A stretch of DNA of 56,091 bases, filler included, from Dirinaria sp. TL-2023a (taxonomy: Eukaryota): the NCBI GenBank assembly GCA_051941275.1. It is 4 parts of 4 records of this genome, joined end to end, with 100 filler letters (N's around TTAATTAATTAA, not from the genome) between each part and the next. Parts side by side here need not be neighbours in the genome. Positions count along the whole stretch, not along the records: positions 14,062 to 28,006 come from JAVEBF010000636.1; positions 28,107 to 42,050 come from JAVEBF010000637.1; 2 more parts are not named here. The stretch is one strand, 5' to 3'. Numbering within the stretch: the stretch's first letter is position 1; the number at the start of each line of letters is the position of its first letter. Shown here in pieces: positions 22,300 to 34,025 of this stretch. The position numbers and the translations under genes were made by a program. The notes under the pieces were generated by a model. It worked only from the letters and a program-made list of their open reading frames with translations, was not told the DNA's origin and did not search any database.

Positions 22300-23098
22300 T
22301 GCAGGAAGTCTCTTCAAGTATATATTGCTGAGGTTGAATCCGTGGGTAGGCTAATTTATAGTTTTTTTTAAAATCTGATACTGTGGTTACGAGCTCAGAC
22401 CGTAGTCATACATACACTGTAGGAAGGACTGTACCTCGTAATCTGTACGGAGTAAAGTAGGTATCGTCATCCCAAAAAATGTACCTCAAGATAATCCGAG
22501 GTCGCGTAATTGACGTAAGCCTGAGGTCCCGAGGCGGCCCCTCTTACAAGCAAAGGTACGAACTACGAAGTGCCGATTTCCCCGGGGCTAGTGCCACCAA
22601 CATGAACGCGACCCCTCGGACGGTCCGGGGTACCTTAGGTAGATCGAGGCCCCGGGGCTCCTTCGGGTGCGGGTGTAACTCTTACCTAATGTAACCTGGA
22701 ATTCTAGATGCTCGCATGACTTAATCCTCAGCGCAAGCTTCCTCACTTGCCGTTTTGCTTTTCTTCCCTGGATTCTCCAGTGATTCCATCTTCCTGGGCA
22801 GGTGTGCGCATTCCAAGTTCGATGCACTGACGTGGAGGACATTGGCCCGTTATGCGACGTCCTTGCTTGCTTCAAGGACAAGAGAGACCATGTGGAACCA
22901 ACTATACCCAATGTCGACTATCGGCGATATTAGGAGATGTGTATGAACCTTTTGTTACGAGTTAGGGACGACCACAATCAACCAACTGTCCTGTCTCACT
23001 TATTTCCTTCAAGTAATCATCAATGTGAAACCGCGACACCAACGGGTTTCTATTCTCCTTTACCTTTGCCAGCTCGGCATACCCAAGCGTTCGCAAGT

Positions 23099-24160
23099 AT
23101 GCCTGCACCTGAGCATCAAAGCGGTGATCGTGGCTCTGCAACGCCGGACCAGTCAAGAGCGAGTAACTCCTCGCCTGTTCTTCCTCCACCGCCGGAACCT
23201 TCTGCAGATAAAGGGATTGCGCCTCGGGTAGGCACTTCAGCTGATGAAGGCATTGTGGTACCGGATGCAGACCAGCTCGATATCTTCACTTTAGCGCCTG
23301 TAGCTGCGCTGAAGATGCTTTGTGATACGGTCGAAACACTTGTGCAGACGACGGGCGATATACCTCCTACACCTCCGATTAGCGGGCAAGGGCCTCTAGA
23401 TCCTCATATGGTTCAGGCGAGGATCAAAAATGCCGCTAAACATGCTATGGACTCCCTTCGAGATGGTCCACCAACTGACTCCCAAAACGAAGCACCTCAG
23501 CCAGACGCAGTAGAGTCGAATGCTTCACCATCGGAACATCACTCGGACGTGCCTCCCCGAGCCAAAACACCTATAGGCAGCCCAGAAGCGCACCCTACAG
23601 AACCTCTTCAAGTCGTAGGCGCTAACGTGGAACCACTGGATGTCCAGCAAGGTGCCATCACACGAAAGTTCTACTCCAAGAGACCACCGCCAATTTCTCT
23701 TGAAGAATACTTATTTCGTTTGCACAAGTATTGTCCGATGTCTACTGCAGTCTACCTTGCAACATCGCTGTACATTCACCGCTTGGCCGTGGTCGAGAAG
23801 ACCCTACCCGTCACCGCCAAGAATGTTCATAGACTACTGCTAGCTGGATTAAGAGTGGCAATGAAAGCCCTCGAGGATCTTAGCTACCCTCACACACGCT
23901 TCGCCAAAGTTGGTGGAGTCACTGAGCCTGAACTTGGAAGGCTTGAGGTGAGCTTTTGCTTTGTCACAAACTTTGATATGAGGGTCACAGCCGAGATGCT
24001 CTTGAAACATGCAAAGTCTGTCAGAGATGGGCAAAGCTATTTGGAAGGGTTGGACAGCTCTCAGCCACTGCCACCTACGCAGAATATGAGACAGTTGCCT
24101 TTGCGGCAGCCCATGGCCGCTGTCAAGCCAATAGGAGTGGGAGCACATGCTGCAGCGTGA
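23099..24160 (+). CDS. Pho80/Pcl-family cyclin (Pho85 cyclin, Pcl6/7-like)
   Basis: Cyclin box RKFYSKRPPPISLEEYLFRLHKYCPMSTAVYLATSLYIHRL...NVHRLLLAGLRVAMKALED...FAKVGGV...ELGRLE. Start placed at MPAPEH (23099); the in-frame ATG at 22937 is possible. Confidence 0.88.
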   Translation: MPAPEHQSGDRGSATPDQSRASNSSPVLPPPPEPSADKGIAPRVGTSADEGIVVPDADQLDIFTLAPVAALKMLCDTVETLVQTTGDIPPTPPISGQGPLDPHMVQARIKNAAKHAMDSLRDGPPTDSQNEAPQPDAVESNASPSEHHSDVPPRAKTPIGSPEAHPTEPLQVVGANVEPLDVQQGAITRKFYSKRPPPISLEEYLFRLHKYCPMSTAVYLATSLYIHRLAVVEKTLPVTAKNVHRLLLAGLRVAMKALEDLSYPHTRFAKVGGVTEPELGRLEVSFCFVTNFDMRVTAEMLLKHAKSVRDGQSYLEGLDSSQPLPPTQNMRQLPLRQPMAAVKPIGVGAHAAA

Positions 24161-24361
24161 AAGCTGAGAGGGATTGAGTGCATTGAGCTCTATCTGGGGA
24201 AAGACTCGATGCTAGGTGATTGTGAAGTCTATATTCTGATTTTAAACTTAGCGCAAGGCGTTGGGGAACAAGTCGTGACCACCTTTTGCTATACGCATAC
24301 ATAATTTTGCACCAGGGTATTTAAAACGCTACCAATGCACGAATTTGGGAGACGCATATGC

Positions 24362-25318
24362 TCAATTAGTCGGTAACCTGCTCACTATATCCGACATTTC
24401 TTCATCGCTGTAGATGCGGAAGCCTCTTTGCCTAGTTACGCTCGCGAGCTGAACGTTGTTTGAGTCAAGCTTTTCCTCCATCACCTGTTTGAGGGTCTTC
24501 AGGACCAAGGTCTCCGCCTCCGGCAACGTGAGCGACTTGTGATACTCTTTCTGAAGGCCGTCTTGGGCACCTTCTGAACCTGAGCCGATTGCTTTCGCAT
24601 CATACCTGTAGAATGTGCCTGAGGGTTCTGCGTGGTACCTGCGAGACATGATTAGTGATTGGGCTGGCAATGCGAGATCCAGAGATACCGACAGCTGAGG
24701 TCCGTCTTCGTCGATGCCTGCAATCAGCAGGGCCACGCCAAAAGGCCTGCTCATAATGCTCTCTTCCCCTTCAGCTCCTTCTCCAAATCTGAGCGCCAAA
24801 TCACAAATCGCTTGCGTACAACTCTCTATCCTCAAAGGCTCGTTGAAATGGAAGGAATGATTTTGGCTCTCAACTCTGGCGTGCTCGATCATTGATCTAG
24901 CGTCAGCCTGGAGGCCGGACATAGCACATCCTATGTGACGGTCTATCTCGAAAATCTTCTCGACACTAGAGGCTTCCAGCAGCGACGACGTCACGCGTTT
25001 TTCCACGCCTAGAAGAACGCCATCACCTGTTGCGATCTTGATATCCCAATGTCAGCGCTTATGCAGTATGAATGTAGCTGAATCCAACATACACCTATAG
25101 CTGTTGAACCAAGTTTGATAGCTTCGAGGGAATATTCAACCTGGAACAGTCTTCCTTCTGGCGAAAATGTGCTGTAAATAAGTTTCTTAGTGAGACAGTC
25201 GATAAGTCTGGGATGCTCGGTAGACAAACTTGACTCCTCGGTCTGGGCACCATGTTAGCCATCAAGCTTCCCAGTCAGTGTAGAGCAGCCTACCATATTC
25301 CGATCTCGCGAGAAACAT
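24362..25318 (-). CDS. PUP2: 20S proteasome subunit alpha-5, 5 exons including a 13-nt microexon (25230-25242)
   Basis: [39 protein letters not shown]..., [42 protein letters not shown]. Confidence 0.97.
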
Positions 25319-25603
25319 CTTGATGCAATTTAGCAGTGGTGATGAAGACCAGATAGGAAATAGAGCGCCTCCCACGTTTGGTCAAACAAGAATTTTTGAA
25401 TTCCGTAATGGTATCTTGCAGGAGCAGAATACGCAGCCAACATATGCCTGCTCTCAACTTTGGTCTACGCAAGTCGCAAACCGAAGATGCTCCATCCACG
25501 CTAGCCAAAAATGGAACGTCACCGAACAATGGGCGCGTCTGAAATGAGAAAGCAAGGAATAAACGCCCACGCCTACCCATTCGATGTTAGGACAACTCTT
25601 TGT

Positions 25604-25609
25604 ACGCGT
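25604..25609. promoter_or_regulatory. MCB element (ACGCGT) in the 309-bp PUP2/GCP2 divergent promoter
   Basis: Exact ACGCGT just upstream of a spindle-pole-body component gene; a single hexamer, so chance occurrence is possible. Confidence 0.35.
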
Positions 25610-25627
25610 AGCTCGTAAATTGCAGCT

Positions 25628-28006
25628 ATGTCCAGCTCTGCGCATGGCCGGAATCCTTCTTACAGTGACCGCCGAACCTCAGCAACTTTAGGAACCCGAC
25701 CCCGCGTCCCTTCCTCTCGCATCGATGCCAAAGGACCGCCTGGTTCTTCGGACGACGTCCTCCCACAGGACTCAATCAGTAATGCTGGAAGCAGAAGACC
25801 TACTTCTGCTCTCTATGCGTCAAATGGAACTTCTACACATACTATCACGGAGCGCCAGAGCGAGCGACACCATGTTACTACAAAGGACAACATTCGAGTC
25901 ACAAGGAGAAGTCCTTTGAAGCCTTCGACTAGCGACAAGGAGAACGTTACTGTTCCAAAGAGCCGAGAATCGTTGGTGCCCAGTACAAATGTAGCAGAAG
26001 CGAGGCCGAAGAGGACGTTGCGTAAGCTGATGTACGACAACAGTCCAACGAGAAACTGATCTGGGTCGTCTAGCACCATGGGAACCTCAAGCAACAATTA
26101 TGCCCCACACTTCTGCTGCTCTGGCTTCTCGGGTCTCAATCCCTCCCCAGGCAACAATCCTCCCCGAGTTGATGGAACCTGAACCACTAAAACGACTGTC
26201 ACCAGACGCGCAAGAAGCGGCTCTAATAGAAGATATCTTATTCGTTCTGATGGGCTACGAAGGACAGTACATCAGATTCGACAAGGCCTACGACCCGTCA
26301 GAGGAGAAAAGCCGGCTGGCCGGTCCAGCATACAGAATTTTACCAGGGCTTGATCCGAGTTTGCGGGATCTTACGAATTCAATATTGAAGATGGCAACGT
26401 ACTACGTCGCTGTGGAGGCATTCGTTCAAGTACAAAGCAGGGACGAGTTTGGTTCGACAAATCACGCTCTATGCGCCTCAATCCGAAAGCTACTGAAGGA
26501 TTATCTTGTACTTGTTGCACAGCTGGAACACCAATATTTAAGCAACGAATCTTTCACCCTGCATGTATTTCATCTGCATACTGCTCCGACTATGCAGACC
26601 ATGTTGCAGCTCTATGTACTAGCCCAGGAGTTACTTCGAAAAAGCAATCTTTTGGATGAGGACCTCGATGATGACGTTGATGGATTCGATGATGATTACA
26701 TTTTGGAACAACTCAGGGAAGGAGGCGAGCTTGCGCCTGGGGGCATGTCCAAAAGATTTTGTAAAGGTGGGAATGTTCTTCGTTTCCTCACTGAGAGGCT
26801 TTCATGCATGGCTGGGGACCCGACCGCCAGGAGTCTACTTCAGGGCTTGCTTCGAGACGCAAGTCGGCCGTACATGACGATGTTGAACGAATGGCTTCAC
26901 CATGGTGGAATCAAGGACCCGCATGCCGAGTTTCTAATCAAAGAACAGAAGAGCATCAAACGGGAAAAGCTAGAAGACGACTATACGGACGAGTACTGGG
27001 AGAAGAGGTACACGATCCGGGACACGGAGGTGCCCCCACAGCTCGAAGGCGTGAAAGACAAAGTGCTCTTGGCTGGGAAGTATTTGAACGTGGTCAGAGA
27101 ATGTGGCGGTGTAGATATCAGTAAAGGGGTAAAAGACGTTCCCAAATCATTCGACGATCCACACTTCCTCGATAATATCAATGGGGCATACGCCCATGCA
27201 AATTCGTCGTTACTAGATCTGCTAGTCACCACCCATGCCCTGCCCGCTCGTCTGCGGTCAATCAAGCATTACTTCTTCCTCGACCGATCCGACTTCTTCA
27301 CTTACTTCCTCGATCTTAGTACTTCGGAGCTCAAGAAACCGGCGAAGTCGGTCAACGTAGGTAAACTACAATCATTACTCGATCTAGTACTTCGGCAACC
27401 GGGGACCATTGCGGCCCAGGATCCCTTTAAAGAAGACATCAAAGTCCAGATGAACGACGTAGGCCTAACCAAGTTCTTAATGGGCGTAGTCAACGTCCGG
27501 GGGATCGACCAAGACGCGCCTGACGAAAGCATGGACCATTACCAAACCCCGGCCCCCCCGCAGCAATCGACTGAAGAAGACAGCAAGATGACGGGGTTCG
27601 AAGCGCTCGAATTCAAATTCCTGGTTCCGTTCCCCCTCTCTCTCGTAATCAGCATCAAGACCGTACTGCGGTACCAGATCCTCTTCCGCTACCTGCTCTC
27701 CCTGCGCCATCTCGAAGGCCTGCTGGTCAACAGCTGGGAAGACCACCACAAAGTGCTGAGCTGGACGAACAAGAGCCCGGACCCGAAACTCGAGCGGTGG
27801 AAACGGCGCGCATGGACGCTGCGCGCTCGCATGCTCGTCTTCGTCCAGCATTTCACGTACTACTGCACGGCCGAAGTGATCGAGCCCAACTGGCAGAACC
27901 TGATGGCTCGGGTCACGGAGTGCGAGCAGGCGAGTCTGAACGGCTCGCAGAAGACAAGCCGCACCGTGGACCAATTGATGGAAGACCACGTCGATTTCCT
28001 GGATAC
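25628..28006 (+). CDS. alp4: Gamma-tubulin complex component GCP2 (Spc97/Alp4), truncated by the contig end
   Basis: Exons 25628-26021 and 26074->28006. QEAALIEDILFVLMGYEGQYI, EDDYTDEYWEKRY, KVLLAGKYLNVVRECG, LRSIKHYFFLDRSDF, VPFPLSLVIS, EVIEPNW, HVDFLD. Confidence 0.92.
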
Positions 28007-28106
28007 NNNNNNNNNNNNNNNNNNNNNNNNNNNNNNNNNNNNNNNNNNNNTTAATTAATTAANNNNNNNNNNNNNNNNNNNNNNNNNNNNNNNNNNNNNN
28101 NNNNNN
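28007..28106. other. Artificial contig-joining linker
   Basis: N44-TTAATTAATTAA-N44. Confidence 0.97.
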
Positions 28107-29169
28107 ACTTATGGCTGGGTACGGATTGGGGGGTTATGTAGTGGAGATGTATACTATTGTATGATATGGTGTGGGTGAAATGAAACGAAATCAAGGTGAA
28201 AATCTGGAGAGTTGTCTACCCTTACTAATGGTGTAGAGACATCGAAGATATTATGAAAGACGGAAACGGAGGTGGAGTTGTGGAAGATGGGTGAGATTGA
28301 TTTTCTGGATCCATGAATGAATGAGGCGTGGAATGCGAGCAGTATGCTTATGCCTTGTTGCTCGATTTTCTTATCAGCCTTCTGTTTAAGCCTTCTTGTA
28401 CTTACTGTACTGCCTAAAGAGTAAGGCAATGCGCAGCAACCGCATTATACATATAGTGCGCTGCAGCCTTTTGCTGCGCCATGACCACGTGATCGACGAA
28501 GGGAAAAAACCCAACAAAAGGAGTCGAAGGAACCCCCACAGCAGGGCCATCTCAGCCTTGAAAGACCGAATACGTCGAATGCTTCTTGAAGACATAGATG
28601 TACTCGTACGAGCGCCCAACGTTCGGTGCAGTCCAAAAAGGCGGTGCGCTATTCAGATGTCTCGAAAGCCCTTGGCGAGGAAAACAGCTCTGCAAGGCCT
28701 TGAATACCGTACTCGTACCTATGCCGGGTATGAGACTGGCAAAGCAAGCCGTTAATTGACCAAACGGCAATTTGAACAAATTCTGCGAGTTCGCGGATCA
28801 CCGATGGCTATGACTGCGGGCCGGAGCAAAATCATTGATGCCCTCTTACTAAGTCATGAGGCTTTGCTAACCTTTCGGATGGTGCAATTTACTTGTTGCA
28901 TGTCCAGCCTTGCCCGATGTTGATGTCTCCTGACCTCATAGCAAAGCAGGGTCCACCGGTCCCATGCGCCGGCTCCATCGTCAATCGATGAATGCCTCTA
29001 CTGTAGCTGTTGACAGACTGGGTTACCGCACAACGCAAAGTGTTCAGCAAGCTCATTGAAGCATGGGTGATGATCATACATCCTCGTCAGATCGAGCTTG
29101 AATACTTCACAGCACACCTGACGCCCGGCACGGTGGATCTTATCCGTCTCTACCCTCAAATCTGGATCG

Positions 29170-31611
29170 CTAAAGTACCCAGCCTTCCTCGGGCCGTTCG
29201 GGTTCTGTAGATCTCTGTCGTCGCTTGCGGAAGACGTTTCCGAGCGCCCTGAAGCTGTAGGATCTATCTCCTGGGTGGCTGATCGTAGGCTCACCTCGGC
29301 CGCCCAAGCCCAAAAGGACAGCGGGCCGCAGCAGTGCGTATAACGTGATGTACCATTCAGAAGGCTCCGGGTCCTTGTGCTTGGGCCGGAAGACTTCAAA
29401 TCTCCCACCTCGTCTCCTCCAGGCTTCGTTACTGTCAGCTTTCATAGCTTCCACCACCGTCTTCTTCTTCGAATCGTATACTGTACCACCTACTTGTACC
29501 ATACTATTGACATTAAACATCGTAAGATAGGTCATTGTTGCGACGAGGACGATGGTTATAATTAAAGATGTGGTGGAGAACTTGTCGTTGATACTCCAAA
29601 GCGACTGACAGTACTCAGCTCCCACGACTTCAGCGCCAGAGGACGCCTCACTTACTGTACAAAACGATAACGGCAGAAAGAAAATATTCACAAAAGTCAA
29701 TAGCTTGACATTCTCGCCCAGGCGTGTCGAAGCGCGACTTTCGATGACAGCGCTGGCGCTGAACAACTGAACATGAGAATCAATTAGCCGGCTCTAATGC
29801 AATATAGCCTATTGCCTGGGATCAATTGCTGACAACGTCATAACCCAGCTGTGGATAGATGTCTCTCCACACCGAGGCCATAGTCAGGGCGTGGTCTCAT
29901 TAATTCAATTCTGTGCTAAAAGGTAGGCTTCATGCCAATGAAAAGGTAAACTTACAGCATCTCTCAATGCTTTTGTGGATGCAAGCTTCTGTTTCATACT
30001 TTCACGTTGTATCTGGAGAACACGGCACTGCTTCTCAGCTTGCTTGAATTGGTCGTACTCCAGTTCTGGCAATGCACCGGCAGCTATACGAGGCAAGACG
30101 CGAGCCTCCTTGTACAGTTCCCACTGCTTAATATTGTCGCTAATACTTGTATCGAATTCGGAAAGGCAATCGATAGCCCAGAAATAACGTCTCGACCTTG
30201 AAAACGCGCCGTCATCGAAAAGAAGATTGTCATGTTCAGACGGCTGCATCAATGAGTCGCTGCCATCGAGTGTAAAGTCAAAGAACGAGCCGAAATCGTC
30301 CCATCGCTCACTTATTTTACGCAGACCTTGTGCGATGAGGTTCATCTCAGCTCCTAGTGAATGAAGCCTGCCGAAGGAGTGGCTGAGAGTTTCAACTTTT
30401 TGAGGTGTTTGTGAGTATATTGGGAAAGACAGATTATTCTCATTGAAAAAGTGGTCCGGTGCCAATACGAGGAGTGTCCAATGTCGGATCATTCCAGGAG
30501 CCGCTGGATTTATAAAAGACATGGGTATATCAGATTGAGGAGCGTTATATAACTACGGATAATCAGACACCCACAACCTACAATCAGAACTTTCAAAACT
30601 CACAGTATACGCACTTTTCCGAAAGTTCCAGCCTTCGGGATGATCGTACAGCGGGCCCTGTCTCCACAGTTCATTTACACCAACATTTGCCTTCCGTATT
30701 TCGTAGAAGGTAGTATGAAACCCTTCAAGCGGGTTCAAGTACGGATTTGTGGTAGTAGGTCTACGTCTCAGCTCGAGGTGAGCAGAGAGGTGACTCCACA
30801 GGCCTTCGCTAGCACCAGTACGGCTGAAGTAAGGGATAGGATCGTGTTCCTGATAGGATGGGTTGCGGCTTCGCGGCTTGATGCTATCACCGGTAGTCAT
30901 GCCTTGGTATAAGCTATATCGTGGTCAGGAGAATCTGGCAATCGCAATACGCATCTCGTACATAAGTCTTGACCACTGTTGATGTGATGCTTCACCTGGC
31001 GAAATCCTCAACTCGGAGCCTAGAGCTTTCTCCCCCAATCTGTAGAGCCGGGATATGTTCTTCGGGTTGTAGTCAATGATGAAGAAATCGTTCCCGGCAT
31101 GAGCTCTATGGTCAAGGTCAAACTGTCTGAGGCGGTTCAGTCTTTTCTTGATCGCATCCTTTCTGACGGAGGACATTGCAATCTTAACATCCCATGAAAA
31201 ACCAGTCCCATCGACGATGCGATTGGCCAGGTTGAGCGTTAAACGCTTGTCGTCTGGTAGCTTCCAACAATCGCCGAGGGTTTCCTCCAGCATATTCTTG
31301 AGATCGGCGTTCTGACTCGCGAATTGGCAGCCAAATCCCACATCGCTATAGGGTGTTTCCAACTTTTCGCCTGCAGGCCAGACCACGGAGTCCGCAATGG
31401 ACGGTTTAGGAGAGGCGGAGCGATCGATGGGGACGACGTCGGACAGGTTCACCTCGCTGGTTGAATCCGTGTCCCCGGCGCTGCGAGAAGGCTTGCTGAG
31501 TCTCTCGAAGGCATTGAGTCGATGCTCTTGCCCCTCGAGCTTTTCTTCAATCCTTTCCAGGACGCGCAAAATGGAAGCGAAGACATCGCTGGGTGGTCTG
31601 ACATCGGCCAT
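29170..31611 (-). CDS. Fungal hypothetical protein with a CorA/Mg-transporter-like C-terminal coiled coil and two TM helices, 5 exons
   Basis: Four ORFs join through canonical introns. HDNLLFDDGAFSRSRRYFWAIDCL, then LRDA|LFSASAVIESRASTRLGENVKLLTFVNIFFLPLSFCT|SLWSIN followed by a second hydrophobic helix. Confidence 0.8.
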
Positions 31612-32763
31612 TGCACAGTGGTCAAGAATCCATCTTGACTGATCCGGTTCGCTTCGAAGGTCTCTGCCTGATCATACGGAATATGGGCACAATAAAGTGC
31701 TGGACAGCAGGAAAGAGACGCTGGGGTCCGGTAATCATATTGTTTTGACGCAATGGCTAATCCAGCGGTCAATCCATGTAGCGCCGGCTGATCAAGTGGA
31801 TATGGAGCCATTGACGAATACGACTGCAAGCACTTCGCCCCCAAGGCTAAGGTACTGCCGACAAAGACGGATGACCCTCTTCCCCTCTCAGTGCTGACTG
31901 CTGAGGCTCAGCCTCGCACCGAAGCTTTGCTGCCTGCTCAAGCTGCCGATTGAAGGCAAGAGCGGCCCCCTGGTCGGAGCGGTACCGGGCCGTCTGTGGC
32001 TTGGCGCTCTTGGCGCCAAGCATGTCGGAACCTGAAGTGTGGGACAATACGGTGAGGAGACCCTGCGAAGGCCCGAAAGACGAAGCCGAAGCAGAGATTC
32101 TTTCATTTTTCATGATAAGTGTAGGCAGCTGAGGATATCAGCATTCTGGCGATCTCAATATCTGAGAGAAACGCAACTTGACAACAAATCTCTTCAAGGA
32201 AATCACGTGATGAATCACAGGGTCATCGGCGGTCGCTCTAACGGTCTAGCGTAATGGTATAAAAAAGTACTTGTACACACAGAATGTCATAACCTAAGCC
32301 TGTTGACCCGTGACCAATAGACTTTGGCTTCTCAGCCCTCTACGCAAACGCATAATCATAATGATCCCACTGCCAGCAAATTCCAAGGCTTCTGATATCT
32401 ATAGAACCATCTTATATCAGCTTTGAGAATCGAGACCGCCGCCAAAGCACAGACCGAGCAATCGTCGCTTTCCTGCGCTGCCTTTTAATAAGGATGAGTG
32501 CACCGTGACCAAGGCTTTGGGAACAAAGGAAACCTACGAAGGTAGGCATTGGGCACGGCCGTGTTAAATTTGATTGACGGCCCGCGTCCTGATGCACTTC
32601 GAACAATCTGTCCAGTCTCACGGACGTCCAATGGGCCACCGTGCGATTGTGTCTTGCTATTTGAGCCTTTCGACCTAGCGGCTTTTCCTTTCGTGTTAAC
32701 GCCCGGCCTACGTCCATCGGCCACGTGGTTAGCGTTCCGATTCACAGGACCCGGTGAACGAGC

Positions 32764-33972
32764 TCAATGATCGAAGGGTTTGGCTGGAAGCGGGCTATGG
32801 TCTGGAGATTGATAGTAATCGCTATTACTATGCTCAGTATGACTCATACCAGCGGATTGTTCTTTATCTGATACGTAGCTTTGGCGTGAAGACTGTGGAG
32901 TGCTCGATGTTGTCGGAGAGACCACCAAATCACCGTCCGAGAGCTCCATGGGAAAAGACTCGCTTCGCTCAGGCGCTGATGTGGGTAGTAAGGAGGAATG
33001 TATGCAAATGGATGTTTCTCCATCTGATACGAGGCTTTTGCGCAGAGATTGCGGAAATCGAGGAGAGCCCGGTGTTGTCGGAGCGACCATGGAATCACTG
33101 TCCGAGCGGCGAATGTGAAAGGGATCGCTACATTCAGGTGATGATGTGGGCGGTAAGGAGGAACATATGCAAATGGATGTTTCTCCATCTGATGCGGGAC
33201 TTTCGCGCGGAGACGGTGGAAACGACGGAGGTTTCGATGTTGTCGGAAGGACCACGGAATTACGCTCCGAAGGCTCAACGCGAAAGAAATCTCCACGCTC
33301 AAGCGGTGGTGTGGATGGTGATGTGGGTGGGAAGAAGGGATCTCGATAGATATTTGGCGCTTGCGTGATCGACAACGGTGCGAGTGGAATTTGGCACACT
33401 TGACTGTGGAGACGGGGTGACGGCGTGAGACGTTCAGAGGTACCGTTCTTGAAATAAGACAAATCTGTAGGCGCAGTCGCCGCTATGGAGGTGCCGTGTG
33501 TTGTATGTACACTATTCGTACCCAGTTGGCGGTGGTTTTGGACGTCCTGGTGATTCCGTTCGGTTCCTTCGCCAGCCGCAGTTGCTATGGCTGTCTTATA
33601 GCCCAATTTATCCACGTTCGAGCGACTAGTGTACAATGCCTCTGCAAGTGCTAGGGCAAGGCTGCTAACTTTTCTTGCGATATGGCTCAAAACAATGGGA
33701 GTTGCTCGAACAAGTCGCACAAAGGCCCAGTCGTCCATGAACATGCTATAGATGTACTGTGCAATTGCGAAGGTCCAACGAAAGTTTAAGTTCACTGGCC
33801 GTAGATCAGCACATGGGATTCTAGCCAGGCTTGTGGCAGAGAGTACCTGCACGATAGAGGAAGTTGACACCGTTGAAGGAGATGCGGTTATGGGTCGTTT
33901 GGACTTTCTACCCCGAGAAGGAGGAAACGCAGCGCAGCTTGATCGAGAATGTATATGGATGGCAGAGAACAA
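32764..33972 (-). CDS. Orphan S/P-rich protein with ~3 x 55-aa internal repeats (possible 5' exon at 34163-34198)
   Basis: 402-aa open frame that extends in frame to a CTAAT...TAG acceptor at 34075. No recognisable domain; other frames are also open across the repeat. Confidence 0.4.
   Translation of the reverse strand: MFSAIHIHSRSSCAAFPPSRGRKSKRPITASPSTVSTSSIVQVLSATSLARIPCADLRPVNLNFRWTFAIAQYIYSMFMDDWAFVRLVRATPIVLSHIARKVSSLALALAEALYTSRSNVDKLGYKTAIATAAGEGTERNHQDVQNHRQLGTNSVHTTHGTSIAATAPTDLSYFKNGTSERLTPSPRLHSQVCQIPLAPLSITQAPNIYRDPFFPPTSPSTPPLERGDFFRVEPSERNSVVLPTTSKPPSFPPSPRESPASDGETSICICSSLPPTSSPECSDPFHIRRSDSDSMVAPTTPGSPRFPQSLRKSLVSDGETSICIHSSLLPTSAPERSESFPMELSDGDLVVSPTTSSTPQSSRQSYVSDKEQSAGMSHTEHSNSDYYQSPDHSPLPAKPFDH
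32860..33335. repeat. Diverged tandem repeat, 165-bp unit, ~3 copies
   Basis: TGTTGTCGGA recurs at 32908, 33073 and 33238; GCAAATGGATGTTTCTCCATCTGAT at 33004 and 33169 (period 165). Confidence 0.9.
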
Positions 33973-34005
33973 TGCAGCCTTGATGAGTGGAATTGAAATG
34001 ATAGA

Positions 34006-34025
34006 TATGGTATGGTATGGTATGG
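34006..34025 (+). repeat. (TATGG)4 microsatellite
   Basis: Directly visible. Confidence 0.85.

Noticed and set aside
28396..29210. Plus-strand ORFs (119 aa, 66 aa) near the start of contig 3
   Set aside because: I could not build a coherent spliced model or recognise a domain.
32860..33335. Possible CRISPR-like array or LTRs
   Set aside because: Units are contiguous, diverged 165-bp tandem copies with no unique spacers or TG...CA termini, in eukaryotic DNA.
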